A program made the translations under genes and the position numbers. The notes beneath the pieces were generated by a model. That model had not been told where the DNA came from. It did no database searches and saw nothing but the letters and a program-made list of their open reading frames with translations. 64,000 nucleotides of DNA, taken from assembly GCA_043228905.1 (NCBI GenBank), contig JBHGNT010000013.1, forward strand, positions 13,268,001 through 13,332,000, written 5' to 3'. Below are positions 50,980-59,925 of this stretch, one piece after another; the stretch's first letter is position 1, and every line of letters begins with the position of its first letter. Source of the DNA: Azolla caroliniana. Lineage: Eukaryota > Plantae > Polypodiophyta.

Positions 50980-53900
50980 TTATGACACTATCCCCCCTTT
51001 AAAACGACGAGTTTCACGAGTCGTTTTGGATTGAGGACCCGGTTTCTCGGGATATCGTCGATGGAAGTCTTCTAGAAGAGCACGAGCATTGGTCACATTC
51101 TCGATCGGTTCCCAAGTACGCTCGCTGGGACTATATCCTAGCCAATCGACTAGATAGTAGAGCTTGTTGCGAACAATCTTGGAATCGAGGATGGCAGCGA
51201 CCTCATACTCAGGTCCATCTTCGAGCTCGATAGGAGGTGGAGGTTGTATAGTACGTCCTGGGATAGTGCTCTCGTGATAGGGTTCGAGGAGAGAACTATG
51301 AAACACCGGGTGTATCCGAAGTTGCGGAGGTAGCTCGAGACGAAAAGCGACATCATTAATCTTCCCGATAATACGGAAAGGACCTAATCGTCGATAATCC
51401 AACTTCTCACATGGGCGAGTAGTCTTGATGTGTCGTCGTAGCAGCCACACCCGATCTCCAATGTTAAAACTGGATGGAAGTCGATGACGATCTGCGTAGT
51501 CCTTGTGTGATTGTTGAGCTTGCTGGAGTTGAGTAGATAAATCCGCTTGTATCTTGCGTAACCGCTCCAAACGATCCTCCGCGTAAGGATTTGTGGACAC
51601 TTCTGGGGTTTCAAGGACACACCACCGGGGATGATATCCCGTATAAGCGTAGAATGGCGTTACTTTAGTCGATGCGTGGATAGCGTTATTATAGGCAAAT
51701 TCGGCGAACGGAAGAATATCTGCCCAGTCATTCTGATGATAGTTGAGAAAGCACCGCAGATACTGCTCCAGTGTTTGATTTGTTCGTTCGGCTTGACCGT
51801 CGGTTTGTGGGTGGTAGCCGGAGGAGAGGTTACAAGTGACCTTCAGCATTTTAAAAAGGTGCTTCCAAAATTTTGACACAAACTGGGGTCCACGATCGCT
51901 GATGATATTATCAGGGAGTCCATGATGCCGACATACTTCCCGCATGACAATTTCGGCGGTGTCTTCACTAGATATTTCTTTAGTACATGGTAAGAAATGA
52001 GCCATCTTCGTATATCGATCCACCACTGTGAGAATCGCACTGAATCCCTTAGAGACTGGAAGATCTGTAATGAAGTCAAGAGCAATGGATTGCCATGGCT
52101 TGCTTGGAATTGGTAATGGTTCTAATAAACCATATGGATGATGTCTTGGCATTTTCGCTCTGCAGCATGTATCGCAAGTCCGAACAAAATCTTCGACAAA
52201 TTGTCGCATACGGGGCCACCAGAATGATCGTTGTACTAAATCTAATGTTTTAGTACTACCAAAATGTCCTGCTGTATATGTGTCATGGCAGTTTTGTACT
52301 ACTCGAAGGCGGCAAGAACCATTAGGAACATACAAAAGTTCTTTAAAGAAGAGTAATCCATCACAGTATTTGAATTGCCGATAATCCGTACCTGGTGATT
52401 GTGATTGTGAACATGACGCTCGAGAGGGGTCAATTTGTGCTAGTATAGCTTGGGCGAAAGCGTCAGTCTTCAAGTCCTCACATATAGTATTGGTAATGTC
52501 GGAATCCACGGGCATGTCAAAGATCTGTGCTGCTTGCAGTCGTGCTGGACCCAAGATTACTTGCTTCTGGTTATCGAAAGCTGGCTCACTGGGATGTGGT
52601 GTTAGATACGAACGCCGTGATAATGCATCTGCCTTCCCTTGGTGCTTCCCCGGACGATATGTAATTTTGAAGTCGAAGCGTGTGAGGAAATGGGCCCACC
52701 GAGCTTGACGTCGATTCAGTACACGAGCATCTTGAAAGTAGGCAAGGTTCTTGTGGTCACTGAATACAGTGACCTGATGAGGAGATCCCTCCAGGAAATG
52801 CCTCCATTGCATAAAAGAATCAACTATTGCTAATAGCTCTTTATCATGAATTTCGTAGTTGATTTCGGCGGCGTCAAACTTACGGGAGTGGAAAGCCACA
52901 GGATGTAGCTTCTCGTCGTTACCCTGTTGTGACAGAATGCTCCCCAATGCGAAATCCGATGCATCAGCTTCGATAATGAATGGTTTTTCCGGATCCACAT
53001 GACCTAAAATTGGAGCTGATGTAAACGCCTTCTTAAGACTCTCGAAAGCCATGTCCGTCTCTTTAGACCAAATGAATGATTGTCCCTTCCTGGTGAGCTG
53101 TGTGAGAGGCAGCACAATTTTTGAGTAATTTTGTATGAACTTCCGGTAGAAATTTGCAAAGCCTAGGAAGCATTGCACATCCCGCACCGAACGCGGAGTG
53201 TGCCATTCTATCACCGTTTTGACCTTGGCTGGGTCCATAGATATGCCTTCTGAGGAGATGACATAGCCGAGAAACTCCACTTGGTTGCACCCGAAACTAC
53301 ATTTCTCTAACTTTGCATACAGACCATGTTCTCGAAGTCGTTTTAGTACTAATAGTACATGAGAATCATGTTCTTCTTGGGTCTTTGAATAAACCAGTAG
53401 ATCATCCAAATAGATGATCAAAAAATCATCCAAGAGGTCTCGAAATATATCATTCGCCATGTGCTGGAAGACTGCCGGCGCATTAGTGAGTCCGAACGGC
53501 ATGACCGTATACTCGAAGTGCCCATATCTGGTGCGAAACGCGGTCTTCCATTCATCTCCTGGTCGGATCCGTACGAGGTTATAGGCTCCTCGTAAGTCGA
53601 TCTTCGTGAAGAACCTGGCACCGTTGATCCGTTCTAAAAGACTTGAGATAAGGGGAAGAGCATACCTATTTCTTACTGTGACCTTATTTAAGCCACGGTA
53701 ATCTACAACGAGTCGAAGCGAGCCATCTTTTTTCTTGACGAAGAAAATGGGTGCGCCGGCTGGAGATTTCGAATGCCGAATGAAACCGTTCTCCAAATTC
53801 TCCTCTATATAGGCTCGAAGGACTTCTAGCTCGGTTGGTGACAAATTGTAGATCGGCCCCCATGGCGGCTCTTTTCCCGGTTGTAAGTCGATGGCGCAGT

Positions 53901-54576
53901 CGTACGGCCGATGATGAGGAAGTGTGTTGGCTTGTACTTTATCGAACACATCAGCATACTGACGATACTTCTCGGGAAGTTGAACGGTGGACTCCTCTTT
54001 GGTGGTGCTGGAGGGTTGTACTGATATTGCAAAGAGAAACATTTCCTCCTTGCGCCCTTCCTCACGCAACTGACGTAGCGAAATGGTTGCAACCTTCTGG
54101 GTAGATCCTTGGGTTTGTCGCAACCGGATTTCCCTTGTCCTCCAATCTATGTCTGGGTCATGTAACTCGAACCATGGTAATCCTAAAACTATGGGATGTT
54201 CTGGAATACTAATAATATTAAATGATACTACACATGTTAAGTTATCTAGGACAATATTAACGGGTTCCGACTCTTCTATGATATTACCAGAAGCAATGGG
54301 ACGACCATCAATGACTACTACTGAGGCTGGACATGGGAGCTTTCTTAGAGATATCTGATGAGCTCGGGCAAAATTCCTATCCATGAAGCAAGAATTAGCT
54401 CCGGAATCTAGAAGGGCTAAGGTATGTACTGGAGGGGTACTTTTAGTACTAACTGCTACTTGGACTACGAACACATCACTAACTTGCTTAGAGGGAATGG
54501 AACCACTAATGGGCTGCACAGATCTAGGGCTGTCCAACCAAACGGCTCCTATTTTGGCTGGACTTAGTCGTTTAAC
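50980..54576 (-). CDS. pol: Pol (PR-RT-RNase H-IN-chromodomain), predicted to be expressed by -1 frameshift from gag
   Basis: LLDSGA, YLDD, EADASD, HHCC, GPF/Y, EYEVAAILD..YLVDWLGY..TWEP; stop codon lies inside the 3' LTR. Confidence 0.95.
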   Translation of the reverse strand, partial: VKRLSPAKIGAVWLDSPRSVQPISGSIPSKQVSDVFVVQVAVSTKSTPPVHTLALLDSGANSCFMDRNFARAHQISLRKLPCPASVVVIDGRPIASGNIIEESEPVNIVLDNLTCVVSFNIISIPEHPIVLGLPWFELHDPDIDWRTREIRLRQTQGSTQKVATISLRQLREEGRKEEMFLFAISVQPSSTTKEESTVQLPEKYRQYADVFDKVQANTLPHHRPYDCAIDLQPGKEPPWGPIYNLSPTELEVLRAYIEENLENGFIRHSKSPAGAPIFFVKKKDGSLRLVVDYRGLNKVTVRNRYALPLISSLLERINGARFFTKIDLRGAYNLVRIRPGDEWKTAFRTRYGHFEYTVMPFGLTNAPAVFQHMANDIFRDLLDDFLIIYLDDLLVYSKTQEEHDSHVLLVLKRLREHGLYAKLEKCSFGCNQVEFLGYVISSEGISMDPAKVKTVIEWHTPRSVRDVQCFLGFANFYRKFIQNYSKIVLPLTQLTRKGQSFIWSKETDMAFESLKKAFTSAPILGHVDPEKPFIIEADASDFALGSILSQQGNDEKLHPVAFHSRKFDAAEINYEIHDKELLAIVDSFMQWRHFLEGSPHQVTVFSDHKNLAYFQDARVLNRRQARWAHFLTRFDFKITYRPGKHQGKADALSRRSYLTPHPSEPAFDNQKQVILGPARLQAAQIFDMPVDSDITNTICEDLKTDAFAQAILAQIDPSRASCSQSQSPGTDYRQFKYCDGLLFFKELLYVPNGSCRLRVVQNCHDTYTAGHFGSTKTLDLVQRSFWWPRMRQFVEDFVRTCDTCCRAKMPRHHPYGLLEPLPIPSKPWQSIALDFITDLPVSKGFSAILTVVDRYTKMAHFLPCTKEISSEDTAEIVMREVCRHHGLPDNIISDRGPQFVSKFWKHLFKMLKVTCNLSSGYHPQTDGQAERTNQTLEQYLRCFLNYHQNDWADILPFAEFAYNNAIHASTKVTPFYAYTGYHPRWCVLETPEVSTNPYAEDRLERLRKIQADLSTQLQQAQQSHKDYADRHRLPSSFNIGDRVWLLRRHIKTTRPCEKLDYRRLGPFRIIGKINDVAFRLELPPQLRIHPVFHSSLLEPYHESTIPGRTIQPPPPIELEDGPEYEVAAILDSKIVRNKLYYLVDWLGYSPSERTWEPIENVTNARALLEDFHRRYPEKPGPQSKTTRETRRFKGGIVS
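54525..54576 (-). other. Programmed -1 ribosomal frameshift signal
   Basis: G_UUA_AAC, 6-nt spacer, 11-bp stem GUCCAGCCAAA/UUUGGUUGGAC; loop can pair with downstream GCCCUA. Confidence 0.8.
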
Positions 54577-55733
54577 TCTTCTTCTAATTGGCTAAGGACA
54601 TCAAATTTGTTTGCGAGATTCGGACTATTAGTACTATTAGGACTATTATGACTATGAGGATTATCAGAGATTCCTACTGACATAGACTCGGGTTTAGTAT
54701 AGTCAGAACTAACAATGACTTGGTTTACCTGCCTTCTTGGTCTATGGGGACAGTTTATCGCGATATGCCCTGGTCCACCGCAATAAAGGCATAATCGGTT
54801 TGTTCGGCGTCGTTGCTTTTCCTCCTCCGATAGCGGCCCACGACGACGTGTAGTGTCAATTTCCATTGGAGTTGGAGTACTTACTGGAGGCGCATTATGT
54901 GACTCCCTTTGAAAAGGTTTCGCTACCATTGAGGCATAGGTAGGCTCGGATCTTGCCCTCGGCATCTGAAATTGTCGTTCCGAACGTCGCTCGAAGAGGC
55001 GGTTGTCACATCTGACCGCTCGACTGATTGCTTCTGTTAATGATTTTGGCTCTTCAGGGAAAGTCAAGAGTAAATCCTTGACATCGTTGCGTAGACCATA
55101 GCGGAACTGCTCCATCAATGCTTGATCATCCCAGGGGATATCGGCGGCGAGTAGGCGGAAATCTGCAGCATATGCGGAGGCTGGACGGTCACCTTGGCGT
55201 AATCGCCGGATTTTGTTGATTGCAGTCCTTATGCTGTCAGTATCTCCAAAACATGCTTTAAACTCACTTATGAATTCTTCAAAATTATTTAGTACTGGAG
55301 ATTCCTTTTCTAGTAGCGGTGCGAACCATGCTAATGCTGAGCCAGTTAACAACGTGCCTACTAAACCCACTCGTGATGCATCGGTGGGATATCGGGACGG
55401 ATGCATTTGAATAACTAACCGTACCTGGTTAAGAAACCCTCTAAACTGCGATCGCGTTCCATCGAACTTCGTGGGAAGGCCAATCTTGGGTTCTTTATGA
55501 ATCCCTTGTGCTCCGTGCCCTTGTTGTTGCATTGCTACGATGGTTGCTTCGAGTTGTTGCACGCGTAACGCAAGTTCCCCATGCTGTTGTTGCGTTTGCT
55601 GCTTTTCTAAGGAAATTTGCTGAAGATCCCCCAACAAGCGTTGATTTTCTTGTTCCAAAGCATGAAACTTCTCTTTCAAGCATTGAAATTCCGAGAAAAC
55701 GGATTGATACTCTTCAGCGCTAACGGTGGCCAT
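54564..55733 (-). CDS. gag: Gag (PEG10/RTL-like capsid, CCHC knuckle), 389 aa
   Basis: N-terminal coiled coil; LPTKFDGTRSQFRGF..LTGSALAW; PMEID; CLYCGGPGHIAINC. Confidence 0.95.
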   Translation of the reverse strand: MATVSAEEYQSVFSEFQCLKEKFHALEQENQRLLGDLQQISLEKQQTQQQHGELALRVQQLEATIVAMQQQGHGAQGIHKEPKIGLPTKFDGTRSQFRGFLNQVRLVIQMHPSRYPTDASRVGLVGTLLTGSALAWFAPLLEKESPVLNNFEEFISEFKACFGDTDSIRTAINKIRRLRQGDRPASAYAADFRLLAADIPWDDQALMEQFRYGLRNDVKDLLLTFPEEPKSLTEAISRAVRCDNRLFERRSERQFQMPRARSEPTYASMVAKPFQRESHNAPPVSTPTPMEIDTTRRRGPLSEEEKQRRRTNRLCLYCGGPGHIAINCPHRPRRQVNQVIVSSDYTKPESMSVGISDNPHSHNSPNSTNSPNLANKFDVLSQLEEELND

Positions 55734-55811
55734 GGGATGAAGGAAAAGGGAAATAAGAGACTAGTAGGAAAGGAGAGAGACAGAAGGAAGAGGGAGACTA
55801 GTAGGGGGGAA

Positions 55812-55823
55812 AAATCGGTTCAA
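55812..55823 (-). other. Self-priming primer-binding site
   Basis: TTGAACCGATTT (minus strand) is the exact complement of LTR 56081-56070, which starts 33 nt after the TATA box. Confidence 0.85.
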
Positions 55824-55958
55824 ACTGTCAGGAACTCTATTAAGGCAGAGAAGGAATTAGTACTAAAAGAAGGATTAGTACTATTGTTGGGGAATAGTAC
55901 TAAGACAGAGAAGGATTAGTACTATGAGAGGTGTCGAACTTTGAGAGAAGGAATGAGT

Positions 55959-56000
<42 letters not shown>

Positions 56001-56226
56001 TGATGCGAAAGATATATGTATTATATGACGGAAGATATACAACAGTAGTTAGAAGGCTTAAGACTGGCGTTGAACCGATTTGGTTCGAACTAATGCCTTG
56101 CGCCTCCTTTTATAGTGTCTTCAGGAATACTCCTGAAGTTTCTAGAATGTTCCAGAGAAATCTGGAATATACATCAATTTCCTAATAAAACCTAAATGAA
56201 AATAATATCCTTCAAATTACAACTCA

Positions 56227-56280
56227 TAACCTAATGGTAAAGTCTCGACCCGTGTAACAAAAGGTTATGGGTTCGAGTCT
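56227..56280 (+). promoter_or_regulatory. tRNA-like A-box/B-box module at the LTR U3 edge (second copy at 50924-50977)
   Basis: TAACCTAATGG ... GGTTCGAGTCT with tRNA-like spacing. Confidence 0.6.
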
Positions 56281-57451
56281 AGTTATGACACAATTCATTG
56301 GATTGATTATAAACTCTCTCTCTTGAGCTATCATCTATATAATGAATGTATCAATCAAATATTGGTGCAGTTTCTTCATTGTTTCATCAACTACTAACAA
56401 GATGATTGGGTTTACTATTTGCACTTTGTAGATTTTGCTTACAACAATATGATTCACTCTTCTACTATATATACTCCATTCTTTGTCAACATAGGATCTA
56501 ATCCCATTGCATGATGCTTGAACATTTTGAATTCTCGAAAAATCTCATTGTTGAGGATTGTCTACTTTAACTCCAAGAGATTCACATTATTCTTTCTTAC
56601 CATTTAGATGATGCTCAAGCCAAATTTACGAAATTTGTAGATTTTCATCATATTGACTCATCACCATACGAACCTAAGTTATTGACTTGGGGATTGCATG
56701 TGGCTCTTACGAAGTACTATAAAGACAACCATGCCTTGCCATAACTTTGATTGTGAATGTCTTGGTCCACACATAAAGGAGTATTTCCTTGAATCCCCTC
56801 CACTTGGGAGGATTTCATCGAGTCATTATTATGAGCCATGATCTCTTACTAGACAAATGAAGTTGCATTTCGTTTTCAATCTCCCTCACCACACTTGTAT
56901 TCACCTAGTGTTATGTGTAACACTTTTGGAGCTTTATACTTCAAGTTTTATTCTGGATTATGTTGTTCCTCCACCTCTTGTTGAGCCTATTGATGGTATA
57001 GAATACTAGTTAGAAACCATTTTGGACTCCACATTTGTGCACAACAAATTATATTATTTGGTTAATTAGTTAGGATATACACCTAATGACTGAACATGGA
57101 AGTTTGCCAAACATCCCAATGATGTCACACAACTCGTAGGTGGAATTTCATCATTGATATCTAAATAAGACAATTGGTAATTTATGCATTCCGACTCATG
57201 TAACTTGTCATGAAAATAGAGTAGGGTAAAGATTTGAAGTCATGACCTCTTGGAAGATTATATGTAGCCTTAACCATAAGGAGATACCATATAGTTATTC
57301 TATAATCTAGAGAATATACATAATATTATGAAATGTCGCTACATTGCACATGCTAATGTATGATCGCCGAATGCCAAGTGGTGATCATGCATGACTTCAA
57401 GGTGACAAGCATATGCACATGTGTAAACCATGCTATATAAGCATGTGTTAT

Positions 57452-57958
57452 TGTGAACGATTACTTGCGGAAGCGTTAGAAGACAGAGAAAGTAGGAAAT
57501 ACAAGGAGTGCACGGGAGAGACAGAGAGAGCAGAACGTAAGAGCTATATTCAAAACAATATAATCACTCTGTTACATACAACTGTGCTCAGTAGCACTAT
57601 TTATACAAGTGCTCATGGGAGTGACAGAAGTACCGCGTACTTCAATGCTCACACGAGCTTTTGACACTTACTACGAGACTATAATTGCCCAGTAGTCTAA
57701 ACTAATATTGGGCTTCCGGTTACCGATTGGATCCGGCTAACCGTCTCCCTAGCTCACCGGCTCTGTTGCTTGCCGGCTCGGTTGCTCACGGCTTACCGAT
57801 CTGTCTCGCTTGCCGGCTCAGGCTTATTCAGCCGATCCGGCTCCAGTTGAGCTTGCCACTCAATAGTTATGTTATTAGAAATCTTTGTTCGGCAAACCCT
57901 CATTACACCTTAACCACTCTCTCTTGCCACAATATCACTTTGATTCTCTTCGTTCACA
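57452..57958. mobile_element. Solo-LTR-like element with 9-bp terminal inverted repeats
   Basis: TGTGAACGA...TCGTTCACA; TATAAATAG on the minus strand; internal CCGGCT repeats; flanks do not match. Confidence 0.65.
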
Positions 57959-58368
57959 GAATTTGGTGAACTTTTCAGAACGAAGGGATAACAAGGGAGT
58001 AGCAGCATGAGATATAACTCTATGAAACATTTAGATCATTCATCAAAGGCATGGGTGAATTAATCACAACAATGATAGGGTTTTCTTTAGTAGTTCTCTC
58101 GAGTTTTATCTAGGTATAGTGCATTATTAATACATGCACTACAAGACAATAAGCTTTTGGATATCTAGAGTTAATTGCATGTCATTATTTCTCAATTGTA
58201 ATGTCAAAGTTATCGTAATGCTAAGGTGCAACAACTTAGGGATGATCTTATATATAATTGATCTCAATCGCATTTGTTTTTTCAAGTGTTACATCATATC
58301 TATGCTCAATCTAATGTGGCGTACATGAAAGAAGGGGGTGATTTTATAGTAGATTCAACCATAGTAAT

Positions 58369-58546
58369 TGCAATTTGTGTTCATTACTTTAAGGATTTAC
58401 TTGGATCTCACTTATTCATGACTAAATGAGGTGATTAGAGCCACCATTGGTTTTATCATGTGATTGGACATGTATGTGCAATGACCCTTTTAGTTATGAA
58501 TAATTGTAGTCCAAGTAAATCCTTCAAGTAATGAGCACGATTTGCA
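58369..58546. repeat. Foldback / MITE-like inverted repeat with about 65-bp arms
   Basis: TCATTACTTTAAGGATTTACTTGGA pairs with TCCAAGTAAATCCTTCAAGTAATGA, with flanking imperfect pairing. Confidence 0.85.
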
Positions 58547-58564
58547 TTTATTGTAGTGGATATT

Positions 58565-58844
58565 GTAGTAGATGAGGTGGACATGGTTTTAAAGCATTCT
58601 TCCTAGTGGAATGAGCCCTGGTTGGGATGGCTTGAAAAATGAAAATTTTAAGAGACATTCCAACATTTTAAAGGGGCCTCTATCGTTGATTTTCCAATAT
58701 TGTTGCGATTATAGATGTATGCCTCAAGCTTGGAAGTTACGTTACAAATACGTTACAAAAATGACTTGACAAATACGTTACAAAAATATTTGCTATAGTT
58801 GATACACCCAACCCAATATAATTTCATTGCATGTAGGAATATAT
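58565..58844 (+). mobile_element. Degenerate L1-like RT fragment
   Basis: SPGWDGLKNENFK and IHPTQYNFIACRNI; related to 22735-23249. Confidence 0.7.
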
Positions 58845-59430
58845 TGTGGTGTGCATGTGTTCCTTTGTGCCACCCTTTTAACACACCCATTTTAGTTAAG
58901 CCAACCCAAATGGGTACCTTTGTATGAACTATAAATTGAGTAAGAAGTAAGAAGCTAACTAGGCTGGATTTGATCTCTTATGTGCATTTCACATATTGGT
59001 GGAGATGCGGGGTACCAATCCCCCACGTCCAAGCATCCACCTCTTCCCCTTGACCTTAGGTTGCCCACTAACTTCTTGTCCCACGAATTTCCCTGATCCC
59101 CCTCCTACACTATAGCCCTCTTGTCCCCCACCTCAGCCAAGTCCAGGTGGCCCTCAGTCCACAGGAGGGATTGATCTTTCTCCGCCAATTGATCTTTCCC
59201 CGACCCCCCTCCGACACAATAGCCCTCCTGTCCCCCACCTCAACCAAGTCTAGGTGGCCCTTAGTCCACAAAAGCGATTGATCTCTATCCGCCTATCGGC
59301 CTATAGCCCTCCTGTCCCCCACCCCACCTCAACCAAGTCTAGGTGGTCCTTAGTCCATATGAGCGATTAATCTCTATCCTCTTATAGCTCTCCTGTCCCC
59401 CACCTTAGTCAAGTTCAAGTGGTCCTCTAT
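58845..59430 (+). mobile_element. Deleted derivative of the tRNA-Ala gypsy family (LTR 58845-58993, PBS 58997, four internal tandem repeats)
   Basis: LTR homologous to 23250-23438; repeats at 59112, 59219, 59303, 59384 match 24872-24950. Confidence 0.88.
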
Positions 59431-59605
59431 TACGTGATCTTTATATCGAATGTTTTCCTTTTTGGGGAAAGGATCTTGGTGGCCGTCCTCACATTTTTGT
59501 GAGAATGACATTGTCACCATCCCTTTTTTCAACAATTTTTTGTTGAAATCCCCGTTGGTCACTTTGATATTTCGTTACGTAATGAAACAATCATAGCCAC
59601 AATGG

Positions 59606-59877
59606 TGTTGAGTACGTAGGGCTTAACCCACTTCATGTGAGGTCGCTCCTATGACACACATATCCAACATCCCTCCCTCATTGTCGAATACGAGTGTGTA
59701 ATGGCCGTATTCACACTGTCCCTTTGGACAACCCAAGTTTGGGCTATTTCTGTAAATAGCATAAAGGGCAGTTACCCTAGGATAGTCACTATATAAAGTG
59801 ACTTTGTAACCTTTAGTAAGGGTTGTTGGTTGTCATTTGTAATTGTTGCTAGTAAGAAATAAAATGTTTCTTTGTGC

Positions 59878-59925
<48 letters not shown>

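Larger units (their letters stand above)
50519..56290 (-). mobile_element. Intact young Ty3/gypsy chromovirus (Tcn1/sushi-like)
   Basis: LTRs 50519-50987 and 55826-56290, differing by eye only by one SNP and (GA)2; TSD CAATT; PPT AAAGGGGGGATAG; intact gag and pol. Confidence 0.98.
50400..57450 (+). mobile_element. Old degenerate chromovirus (integrase, chromodomain, LTR remnant) that hosts the young element
   Basis: HHGLPNGIVHNQGPQF before 50519; FLHCFINY.QDDW after 56291; decayed chromodomain at 57001-57100; LTR-homologous sequence from about 57222. Confidence 0.8.

Noticed and set aside
56227-56290. Functional tRNA gene
   Set aside because: Anticodon and T stems do not pair properly; treated as a tRNA-like promoter module only.
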